Shown here in pieces: positions 48,364-55,866 of a DNA stretch of 64,000 nt (position 1 is its first letter; each line of letters begins with the position of its first letter). A program made the position numbers and the translations under genes. The notes beneath the pieces are model-generated. The model was not told the origin of the DNA and searched no databases. It worked only from the letters and a program-made list of their open reading frames with translations. The stretch is from an uncultured Oscillospiraceae bacterium (lineage in GTDB: Bacteria; Bacillota; Clostridia; Christensenellales; CAG-138): NCBI GenBank assembly GCA_964411275.1, contig CAYPKG010000009.1, positions 1,730 to 65,729 of the forward strand, read 5' to 3'.

Positions 48364-48392
48364 ATCATAGCATAGATTTTTCTCGCTGTAAA
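48364..48392 (-). promoter_or_regulatory. sigma-A-type promoter of the aro operon leader
   Basis: Minus strand TTTACA-17 nt-TATGAT. Confidence 0.55.
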
Positions 48393-48395
48393 GGG

Positions 48396-48452
48396 GCTGT
48401 AGCGCTAAGTGCATACCAAGTATAATTATTCAGATGTACTTAGCGCTACAGC
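48396..48452. repeat. Perfect 15-bp inverted repeat with 27-nt spacer, abutting the aro promoter
   Basis: GCTGTAGCGCTAAGT...ACTTAGCGCTACAGC; each arm contains the self-complementary TAGCGCTA. Confidence 0.9.
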
Positions 48453-48535
48453 GGGCCGGCGGCTAGAAGAGCCGCAAAAAGGCGCCAGTGACGCCTTTTT
48501 AGGCCCCGGGTTTTCTCCGGAGAAGAAAAATCCTA

Positions 48536-48567
48536 CTGTTATGCAGTAATCATGATTACTGCTACAG
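48536..48567. repeat. 32-nt near-perfect palindrome (core 20 nt perfect) just 3' of the lyase gene
   Basis: CTGTTATGCAGTAATCATGATTACTGCTACAG; the core GCAGTAATCATGATTACTGC is perfectly self-complementary. Confidence 0.9.
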
Positions 48568-48587
48568 TCCCACAGACGCAGTTTTAT

Positions 48588-50036
48588 TTACAGGCTTTCG
48601 CCAAAATCTTTACGGAACTGCTCCATAAGCCTTTGCTGCCAGTCGGACGTGGGGGCGAGCCTGCCGAAGAAGAACCGCAATGTGCTTGGCTCCTCCACAA
48701 ACTTGAGACCGCCTATTAACCCTTTGTTCTCATGCAGCCATGTGATGCGGTCCACAGCGTACTTGACCTGGGACATGGTAAACACCCTGCGGGGCATGGC
48801 CAGGCGCAGAAGCTCCATGCTGGACAGAGGCTCCGTGCCGTCGGGCTCCCGCTGTTCGGACATGGTGCCCCGCTCCATACCCCGAATGCCGCCGGCGATG
48901 TATACCGCCGCCGCCAGCGCGCCAGCGGGATATTCATGCTGGTCCACATGGGACAAAAACTCCATGGCGTTCAGGTGGCAGCCAAGACCGCCCGGCGGTG
49001 TCACCACAGGCACGCCGTTTTTCTGCAACTCCTCACACATAAATGCGATAAACTGCGGCCCCTGGGAGATCACGTCCTCGTCCATCGTCTCGTCCAGGCC
49101 CACCGCAATGGCCTCCATCTCCCGCACGCTCATGCCGCCGTATGTCAAAAACCCTTCGAACATGGGCACAAGCTCCTGCATGCGCTCGTATAGCCCCTTA
49201 TCCCGCATGCAAATGCCGCCGCCACGGGCAAAGCCCAGCTTCCGGGCGGAAAAGTATATGATATCTATGTTTTCCGCCACTGCTTTTGTAATTTCCCGGA
49301 TACTCATGTCCTTGCAGGCTTCCTCCCGCATTTTGATGAAATACAGGTTATCCTGCAACAGGCTGGCGTCCAGCACCGTAAGAATTCCGTGCGCGTGGGC
49401 AAGCGAGCACACCTCCCTCACGTTTTCCAGTGAGAAGGGCTGTCCACCGATGAGGTTTGTGCCCGCCTCCAGCCGCACGAAGGGGATATTCTTAGCGCCT
49501 TCCTCCTCGATCAGCTTGCGAAGCTTTTCGATGTCAAAATTGCCTTTAAAGGGATGGTCGCTGGTGGTTTCCAACCCTTCGTCAATGACCAGTTCCTCTA
49601 CCCGGCCGCCCTTGCGGGTGATATGGGCCTTCGTGGTGGTAAAATGGTAGTTCATGGGTATCACGTTTCCAGGTTGGACGAAAGCCTCGGCTAAAATATT
49701 CTCGCAGGCACGGCCCTGATGGGCGGGAAGAAACAATGTGGTGCCGAAAATCTCGCCCACCTTACTTTCCAGCCTGGTAAACGTGGCGGAACCGGCATAG
49801 CTGTCGTCGGCTATCATCATGGCGGCCTGCTGCCGGTCGCTCATGGCGTTAACGCCGGAGTCCGTCAGCATATCCAGGAACACGTCGTCGTTTTTCAACA
49901 AAAACGTATTGTTGCCCGCTTCTGCGATGGCCGCAAGCCGCCGCTCCACCGGAGGCAGGTTGAGCTTTTGTACGATGCGCACCTTGTGCATTTCCAGGGG
50001 GATCCGTTCACCTGAAAAGAATGTTATGTTCGCCAT
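48588..50036 (-). CDS. tpl: Tyrosine phenol-lyase (beta-eliminating lyase family; TPL rather than tryptophanase by specificity residues)
   Basis: PLP-lyase fold (HQGRACEN, FSARK PLP-Lys). TPL-type residues: FTTT (Thr124 equivalent; Trpase has FDTT), GMERG (Met379/Arg381; Trpase has VEIG), LRFF (Phe448; Trpase has LRHF). AGGAG RBS before the ATG at 50036. Confidence 0.85.
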   Translation of the reverse strand: MANITFFSGERIPLEMHKVRIVQKLNLPPVERRLAAIAEAGNNTFLLKNDDVFLDMLTDSGVNAMSDRQQAAMMIADDSYAGSATFTRLESKVGEIFGTTLFLPAHQGRACENILAEAFVQPGNVIPMNYHFTTTKAHITRKGGRVEELVIDEGLETTSDHPFKGNFDIEKLRKLIEEEGAKNIPFVRLEAGTNLIGGQPFSLENVREVCSLAHAHGILTVLDASLLQDNLYFIKMREEACKDMSIREITKAVAENIDIIYFSARKLGFARGGGICMRDKGLYERMQELVPMFEGFLTYGGMSVREMEAIAVGLDETMDEDVISQGPQFIAFMCEELQKNGVPVVTPPGGLGCHLNAMEFLSHVDQHEYPAGALAAAVYIAGGIRGMERGTMSEQREPDGTEPLSSMELLRLAMPRRVFTMSQVKYAVDRITWLHENKGLIGGLKFVEEPSTLRFFFGRLAPTSDWQQRLMEQFRKDFGESL

Positions 50037-50099
50037 TGTAAAATACTCCTTTTTTTGTTGTTTTCGAAGGAGCCTTTTGGCGGCGACGCCTTCGCTGGA

Positions 50100-50417
50100 A
50101 GACAATAAAAAACGCTCGTCCTCACATGTTCTGTGAGGACGAGCGCCAAATCCCGTGTTACCACCTCAGTTTGCCAACGCCTCGCGACGTTGACCTTTTC
50201 GACTACGGCAGGAAACCTCCTGCGATACTCTATCTCGATAACGGGAGAAACCCGGCCCGGCCTACTGGAACATTCCGTTCGTTTGAAGGGCTGCTGTTTG
50301 CGTGTATTCCCGGGCCGTACCCTGCCGCCTTGCACCAACCGGCGGTTCTCTGAAGGGCCAATGGAGGCTTCCCTCCCGGTACTTCTTCGCAGTCATCGCA
50401 TTCGCTTTATTCGGTTG
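50100..50417 (-). promoter_or_regulatory. T-box riboswitch, Tyr specifier (UAC)
   Basis: Minus strand: GCGATGA...GAAGAAGTA, AGAGA and GGTGCAA Stem I motifs. Specifier context GGGAA-UAC-A (50305-50303). T-box AAACUGAGGUGGUAACACGGG (50172-50151, UGGU bulge). 14-bp terminator followed by U6 (50145-50107). Confidence 0.85.
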
Positions 50418-50423
50418 ATGAGT

Positions 50424-50451
50424 ATTATACCATTTGAATTTTGATTGTCAA
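50424..50451 (-). promoter_or_regulatory. Consensus sigma-A promoter of the tpl T-box leader
   Basis: Minus strand TTGACA-16 nt-TATAAT with an extended -10 TG (aTGgTATAAT). Confidence 0.7.
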
Positions 50452-50562
50452 GCATCATATTTTAGCAATTTTAACCGCATACAACGCGTATGTACTGCCG
50501 TCATTTCCTCCATACTAAAATCGCGGCGGCAGCCGACATGAAGAAACAGGCAGGTGAAAAAA

Positions 50563-50709
50563 ATGTTTGATCGATCGCAGCTGGATCCGGACGCAAAAAC
50601 GCTGTTTGACAGCATGCCTGCGCTTCTCCAGCAGAATCTCATACAAACCGGGGTGATGATGCACACAAAAGCGGAGCTGGAGCAATATTGCGACTGGATA
50701 TTGAGTTGA
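50563..50709 (+). CDS. Small hypothetical protein (48 aa), below the ORF-track length cutoff
   Basis: ATG 6 nt after AGGTGA. MFDRSQLDPDAKTLFDSMPALLQQNLIQTGVMMHTKAELEQYCDWILS has non-random helical composition. Confidence 0.4.
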   Translation: MFDRSQLDPDAKTLFDSMPALLQQNLIQTGVMMHTKAELEQYCDWILS

Positions 50710-50823
50710 CGATAGGATAAAGCCTACCTTTTTTTGCGGTCTTTTACCCCCCGAATAGGCAGGGGCTTTGCAATCCAATGAATATCTGATAAAATAAGTG
50801 GATAATCGGCAGGAGGGCAAAGC

Positions 50824-51936
50824 ATGGCGGAACGCAAAAGACTGGTCGCAAGAAACAGGCGCAGAACCATCACGCGCCTGTTATTGCTGCTGCTGCTCGG
50901 GGTGATCGTCATCGGCGGAATAGTCGCGGCGGTTCTGTTGCTAACCAAAAAGGGTTCCCAGCAGGCGCAGCTAACGGCCCTTCCCTTCTCTTCGCAGGCG
51001 GAGTATTCCTATACCGGGAGCGGTTTTTTGTACACGACTGCCGAAGGGATTGCCTATCACGACATCGCAGATAGCAACAACGATTACACCGCGTCCGTCA
51101 CCACCGGAGAGGTCAAGCTGGTGGGCAGCGCCACTGCGCACGTGCTGTACAACGCCGCTGCGCTGAAGATTGTGGGCGCGCCGGACAGCAATTCCTATGC
51201 CGAGCTTCTGGTTGACGTGGCCTGCGGCTCCGGGCATGTGGCCGCCCTCTGGCAGGATGCGGCAGGCAAGGAAAGCATACAGGTGCTGAACCTTACAGGC
51301 GAGCAGAAGGATCTTTTGGTGTTTGAAAAGCAGTATGTGGTGGACTTTGGCTTTAATACCACGAAAAACGAATATTTGTGGGTGCAGACCCTGGACATCC
51401 AAAGCGACACCCCCATTTGCACCATTCACATTTACAACATGACATTGGGTTCTACCAGCGGCATCCTGCAAATACAGAACCAGATGGTAGAGCGTGTGTA
51501 CTTCACCAACAACAGCATATTCATCGTTGGAACAAACCAGATCATCCGCTACGCGTTGGAGAACAACAGGGACACCTACCGGGAAACGGTATATGGCTGG
51601 AAGGTGCTGGACTATTCCAACGGCTCCTCCTTCCTGCTTTCGCCCCGGTCCTCCGGTACGCTGGGGCTGCTGAAGGTGATGACATTGGCTGAGGCGGACG
51701 TGTCCTCCGCCAAGCAGACGCTTATTCAGGCGCCGGCAGGCGCCATCGGCGCGTTCCTTCTGGCGGACAAGCTGGCAATCGTTACGGAAAAAAATGTGTA
51801 CACCTATGATTTGAGCGGTAAGCGCCTGTCGGAATATACCTGGGATATCACGGTTTCGGACGCGAAAAAGCTGGACAACAGCACATTGCTGATTGCCCAG
51901 GAAAGCGGCGGCCTGTATCTTCATAAATTCAGATAG
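50824..51936 (+). CDS. Membrane-anchored hypothetical protein (N-terminal basic stretch plus single TM, beta-rich ectodomain)
   Basis: 370 aa, GGAGGG RBS, codon usage like its neighbours, immediately upstream of cvpA. Family not confidently recognised. Confidence 0.65.
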   Translation: MAERKRLVARNRRRTITRLLLLLLLGVIVIGGIVAAVLLLTKKGSQQAQLTALPFSSQAEYSYTGSGFLYTTAEGIAYHDIADSNNDYTASVTTGEVKLVGSATAHVLYNAAALKIVGAPDSNSYAELLVDVACGSGHVAALWQDAAGKESIQVLNLTGEQKDLLVFEKQYVVDFGFNTTKNEYLWVQTLDIQSDTPICTIHIYNMTLGSTSGILQIQNQMVERVYFTNNSIFIVGTNQIIRYALENNRDTYRETVYGWKVLDYSNGSSFLLSPRSSGTLGLLKVMTLAEADVSSAKQTLIQAPAGAIGAFLLADKLAIVTEKNVYTYDLSGKRLSEYTWDITVSDAKKLDNSTLLIAQESGGLYLHKFR

Positions 51937-51958
51937 GCAAAAAAGGAGGGGTCTAGGC

Positions 51959-52675
51959 ATGAATATCGTGGATATTGTAGTTCTTGGGCTGTTCGCCTTG
52001 TTTTTGCTTTGCGGCTGGTTCCGAGGCTTTGTCAGCACCCTTTTGTCCATCGGCGCTTATATCTTCTCCGCAGCCATCGCGTTTTTAACCATGCCCCTTT
52101 TGGCCAACTGGGTCAAGAGCAATGCCGGGCTTTACAAGACGATGCTCTATTATACAGAGGGTTCGGAGTTCGTCACCGGCGTCTCCGGCGGGGTAGAGCT
52201 GGCTAAAACCCCAATTTCCGCTGTGAGCGCGCCCCAATTAAGCGGCGTGATGCAAGCCGCGGAGGTGCCCCATCCCCTGGGGGAGCGCATCAGCGAGAAC
52301 ATCGCGAAGGAGGCGTTTGCCGGCAAAGGCATCACCACCCTGGGCGAATACTTCAACGAGACAATCGTGTGCGTGTTTATCAACATTCTATGCTTTCTTG
52401 CGCTGTTCGCCATCATCCGGCTCGTTCTGGCGTTCGTCATCCATTTGATCGATTACGCCAGGGGCGGCTATCCGGTGCTGCATACGGCGGACGGACTGAT
52501 CGGCTCCGGCTTTGGGCTGATCCGGGGCTTTCTCGCCATGTTTATGGTGTTTACCGCAGTTCCCATATTCCTCGTTGTGCTGCCGGATATCGTGGGCCCA
52601 TATATCGACGCGTCGTTTTTCGGCGGGTTCTTCTACAATTCGAATTTTCTCTTAAGCCTCATTCCGGGGGTATAG
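51959..52675 (+). CDS. cvpA: CvpA-family membrane protein
   Basis: MNIVDIVVLGLFALFLLCGWFRGFV is a typical CvpA N-terminus. AAGGAGGG RBS. Confidence 0.8.
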   Translation: MNIVDIVVLGLFALFLLCGWFRGFVSTLLSIGAYIFSAAIAFLTMPLLANWVKSNAGLYKTMLYYTEGSEFVTGVSGGVELAKTPISAVSAPQLSGVMQAAEVPHPLGERISENIAKEAFAGKGITTLGEYFNETIVCVFINILCFLALFAIIRLVLAFVIHLIDYARGGYPVLHTADGLIGSGFGLIRGFLAMFMVFTAVPIFLVVLPDIVGPYIDASFFGGFFYNSNFLLSLIPGV

Positions 52676-52679
52676 CTCG

Positions 52680-53447
52680 CTATGCCAATAGCGCCGGCTG
52701 ATAGCAGCGCACGTAGTCCATGACCTGCTGGGCTATTCGCTTATGCCCCTCCGCATTGGGATGCAGCCCGTCCCCGCTGACATAATGCCTATAATCCATA
52801 TCGCGAAGAAGCGCGGAGCGGATCATCAGCAGAGGCGTGCCCGTCTTTTGGGCCACCCATTCCACTGCGGCGTTATAGCGCTCATGCCACCAGTAGATCC
52901 GCGACACATTGCCCAGCCATTTCAGAATGCTCTGGGCCTTCTCTTCGTTGCCTCCCGTGAAAAACCTGAAGTACCGTTCCGGGTCGATGGGGGGAAGGTT
53001 AAGCAAAATCGGCTGGCTTCCGGCATCGTACACGTTTTTGATCATCATGGTAAGGTTTTGTGCGTACTCTTCCAGGGACACCTTTGGCGCGTGCTCCCGC
53101 TCCGGCGCCAGGGCGATGGCGTCCCAATCGAAGTCGCAGTCGTTCCCCCCCAGCTCAAACGCCACCAGTGCGGGTTTGGGCGCGCCCGGCTTTTTCAGGC
53201 GGTCGATGAGGATTTCCATCGCGGCCCCGCTGACACAGCCAAATTTCGACAGGTTTTCAATGGCGCTTTTCAGTTGCGCTCCCACCAGAGAGCAAAAGTC
53301 CTGCCCCTTTAATATCACGTGCCGGCCACGGCATTCGTCATAGCTCACACCCTTTGTGATGCTGTCGCCCACCACCACAATAGGCGGCGCGGGGCCCGGC
53401 CGCACCGCAAGCGGCTCCGTCCAGTTATCCAAATTCGGCACTTGCAT
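52680..53447 (-). CDS. SGNH/GDSL-family hydrolase
   Basis: Block I VVVGDSITKG, block III GGND, block V DGLHPN. The ATG overlaps the tetR stop (TAATG). Confidence 0.8.
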   Translation of the reverse strand: MQVPNLDNWTEPLAVRPGPAPPIVVVGDSITKGVSYDECRGRHVILKGQDFCSLVGAQLKSAIENLSKFGCVSGAAMEILIDRLKKPGAPKPALVAFELGGNDCDFDWDAIALAPEREHAPKVSLEEYAQNLTMMIKNVYDAGSQPILLNLPPIDPERYFRFFTGGNEEKAQSILKWLGNVSRIYWWHERYNAAVEWVAQKTGTPLLMIRSALLRDMDYRHYVSGDGLHPNAEGHKRIAQQVMDYVRCYQPALLA

Positions 53448-54016
53448 TATGCCCCCTCCTCTGTCAGCAGCGTCAACAGCTTCTTTGGGTCCAGCGCCTC
53501 GCCCATGAGGATGTGCAGTCCAAAGCCGTCCAGCAGCGCGAAGAAATTCCGGCTCAGCGACCGAAAGCGCTCCGCCCCAGGCCCCGACATTTTGAGGGAG
53601 CCCACCTCCAGCATAACCGCCCATTCCCGGGCTTTTGCCGCAAACCGGCGTTTGAGGTTTTCGTCCTCCCGAAGGGCCTCGCATTGCAGCACATAGTGAA
53701 GCCGCAGCTCCTCCTGATCCTCCAAAAGGGCGTCGATCAGAGCCCCCACCGCTTCTTTTGCGGGCTGATTTTGTCCAAGCCCGTCAATCCAGTTGAATAA
53801 TTGGTCGGTCATCCGGCTTAAGTGTGTCTCCGCAATGTCCGCAATCAGATACTCCTTGGACGGATAATAATAGTACAGGGTTCCTTTGGACAGCTTTGCC
53901 GCCTTTGCAATATCCGCTAGACTGGAGGAGTGGATGCCGCCGGAGCGAAACAGGGCAGCTGCCGTTTCCCGGATCGCGGTGCGCGTATTTTCATTGTTCT
54001 GTTCCTTCTTGGCCAT
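53447..54016 (-). CDS. TetR/AcrR-family transcriptional regulator
   Basis: N-terminal HTH SSLADIAKAAKLSKGTLYYYYPSKE. ACGGAGGGAA RBS. Confidence 0.9.
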   Translation of the reverse strand: MAKKEQNNENTRTAIRETAAALFRSGGIHSSSLADIAKAAKLSKGTLYYYYPSKEYLIADIAETHLSRMTDQLFNWIDGLGQNQPAKEAVGALIDALLEDQEELRLHYVLQCEALREDENLKRRFAAKAREWAVMLEVGSLKMSGPGAERFRSLSRNFFALLDGFGLHILMGEALDPKKLLTLLTEEGA

Positions 54017-54035
54017 TGGTTCCCTCCGTTTTTAA

Positions 54036-54049
54036 GTCGGCCAACCGAC
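54036..54049. promoter_or_regulatory. Small palindrome between the tetR -10 and RBS (candidate operator)
   Basis: GTCGG-CCAA-CCGAC. Confidence 0.3.
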
Positions 54050-54064
54050 CGAATTCTTATACCC

Positions 54065-54093
54065 AGTATAGCAATTTCACGCCTATGTGTCAA
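54065..54093 (-). promoter_or_regulatory. sigma-A-type promoter for tetR and the SGNH hydrolase
   Basis: Minus strand TTGACA-17 nt-TATACT. Confidence 0.55.
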
Positions 54094-54254
54094 GTGAACA
54101 AGCGGCGGCGCTCCGGCGGCGCGGATGGGAAAAATCCAGGCAATGGAAAACAGCCATAATAATATATAATATCTATAAAATTCGGAGAATTTGGGGCTTT
54201 TTTTGTGAAGATTGTATATTCTGCGCTTAGAGCAAACGAATTGTTCATAAGCGG

Positions 54255-54284
54255 TTGACAGAACGGGTGCTGCGGATTTATGAT
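54255..54284 (+). promoter_or_regulatory. sigma-A-type promoter for gdhA
   Basis: TTGACA-18 nt-TATGAT. Confidence 0.5.
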
Positions 54285-54370
54285 AAAGTCGTAACAGGTC
54301 GGTTTATTCCTGCAAAGAGGCAGGGATGGAAGAATTAGCCAAAACAGAATATTATAATGGAGGTCAAAGC

Positions 54371-55720
54371 ATGAACGCGTATATCGAAGAAGTATTGGCC
54401 AAGGTTAGGAAACGTGACAGCAATGAACCTGAATTTATTCAGACCATTGAGGAGGTTTTCCACTCTCTTGAAGTAGTCGTGGATAAGCATCCTGAGTATC
54501 AGAAGATGGGTCTGTTGGAGCGCATGGTCGAGCCCGAGCGCGTCATCGAATTCCGGGTGGTATGGGTAGACGACGCAGGCCAGGCGCAGGTGAACCGCGG
54601 CTTCCGCGTACAGTTTAACTCCGCTATCGGCCCCTACAAGGGCGGCCTCAGGTTCCATCCTTCCGTAAACCTGTCCATCATGAAATTCCTGGGCTTTGAG
54701 CAGACATTCAAAAACAGCCTCACCAGCCTTCCCATCGGCGGCGGCAAGGGCGGCAGCGATTTCGATCCCCGCGGCAAGTCCGACGCGGAAGTCATGCGCT
54801 TCTGCCAGGCGTACATGACCGAGCTGTATCGCCATATCGGCCCCGATATTGACGTGCCCGCCGGCGATATCGGCGTAGGCGGCCGTGAAATCGGCTATCT
54901 GTTTGGACAGTACAAGCGCATCAAGGGCCTATACGAGCCCGGCGTTTTGACCGGCAAGGGGCTAAGCTACGGCGGCAGCCTGATCCGCCCCCAGGCCACC
55001 GGCTTTGGCGCGACCTATTATGTAGCCGAAGTCTTCAAGCATGAGAACGACAGCTTTGAGGGCAAGACATTTGCTCTGTCCGGATTTGGCAACGTGAGCT
55101 GGGGCGCGGTCTCCAAGATCACGGAGTTTGGCGGCAAGGTCGTCACCCTGTCCGGCCCCGATGGCTATATCTACGATCCCGACGGCGTCAGCACCCCCGA
55201 GAAGATCGGCTACATGCTGACGATGCGCGCCTCCGGCCGCGACAAGGTCCAGGATTACGCAGACAAGTTCGGCTGCGAGTTCTTCGCCAAGGAAAAGCCC
55301 TGGAGCGTGAAGGCGGACGTGTATATGCCCTGCGCCACCCAGAACGAAGTGCGCATGGAAGACGCCGAAAAGATCGCCAAGAGCGGTGCGAAGTACTACA
55401 TCGAAGTATCCAACATGCCCACCACCAACGACGCGCTGGCGTTCCTCATGGCCCAGCCCGGCATGATCATTGCGCCTTCCAAGGCGGTGAACGCCGGCGG
55501 CGTGGCCACTTCCGCCCTGGAGATGAGCCAGAACTCCATGCGCTACGGCTGGAGTGCGGAAGAAGTCGATGCGAAGCTCAAGACCATCATGAAGAACATC
55601 CACGACGCCTCCGCGGAAGCCGCGAAGGAATATGGCCTGGGCTACAACCTTGTGGCGGGCGCCAACATCGCGGGCTTCAAGAAGGTTGCGGAAGCCATGA
55701 TCGCCCAGGGTCTTGTGTAA
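54371..55720 (+). CDS. gdhA: NADP-specific glutamate dehydrogenase
   Basis: KGGLRFHPSVN, PIGGGKGGSDFDP, GFGNVSWG. GGAGG RBS before the ATG at 54371. Confidence 0.95.
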   Translation: MNAYIEEVLAKVRKRDSNEPEFIQTIEEVFHSLEVVVDKHPEYQKMGLLERMVEPERVIEFRVVWVDDAGQAQVNRGFRVQFNSAIGPYKGGLRFHPSVNLSIMKFLGFEQTFKNSLTSLPIGGGKGGSDFDPRGKSDAEVMRFCQAYMTELYRHIGPDIDVPAGDIGVGGREIGYLFGQYKRIKGLYEPGVLTGKGLSYGGSLIRPQATGFGATYYVAEVFKHENDSFEGKTFALSGFGNVSWGAVSKITEFGGKVVTLSGPDGYIYDPDGVSTPEKIGYMLTMRASGRDKVQDYADKFGCEFFAKEKPWSVKADVYMPCATQNEVRMEDAEKIAKSGAKYYIEVSNMPTTNDALAFLMAQPGMIIAPSKAVNAGGVATSALEMSQNSMRYGWSAEEVDAKLKTIMKNIHDASAEAAKEYGLGYNLVAGANIAGFKKVAEAMIAQGLV

Positions 55721-55745
55721 ACAAACCTAATATAAACCGCACTGA

Positions 55746-55773
55746 AAGGGGCTTTCCGATCGGAAAGCCCCTT
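55746..55773. terminator. Shared hairpin between convergent gdhA and trpS
   Basis: AAGGGGCTTTCCG/CGGAAAGCCCCTT 13-bp stem; poor U-tracts. Confidence 0.45.
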
Positions 55774-55866
55774 AGTGTGTCAAAAAACCGCCGCTGCTGC
55801 ACAGCTCGCGCTGTTTTGAGGATTCAATCCCCAAAGCACTTCCCTATGGTTGAAATCCATTTCCCA

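Noticed and set aside
48140-48392. Possible T-box or TRAP-regulated leader for the aro operon
   Set aside because: It has no GGUGGNACC T-box sequence, no Stem I AGAGA/GNUGCNA motifs and no spaced GAG/UAG triplet array. It is kept only as an unclassified attenuator candidate.
48588-50036. Calling the lyase tryptophanase (tnaA)
   Set aside because: All three discriminating positions (Thr in FTTT, Met/Arg in MERG, Phe in LRFF) are in the TPL state. The upstream T-box specifier and discriminator bulge point to tRNA-Tyr, not tRNA-Trp.
50971-52050. 359-aa ORF on the - strand
   Set aside because: It is antisense to the 370-aa membrane-anchored protein and the cvpA start. It has no RBS and a shadow-ORF composition.
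53448-53684. 79-codon N-terminal extension of the SGNH hydrolase ORF
   Set aside because: It overlaps tetR in another frame and is Gly/Arg/Pro-rich. The internal ATG, which forms TAATG with the tetR stop, gives a normal-length SGNH protein.
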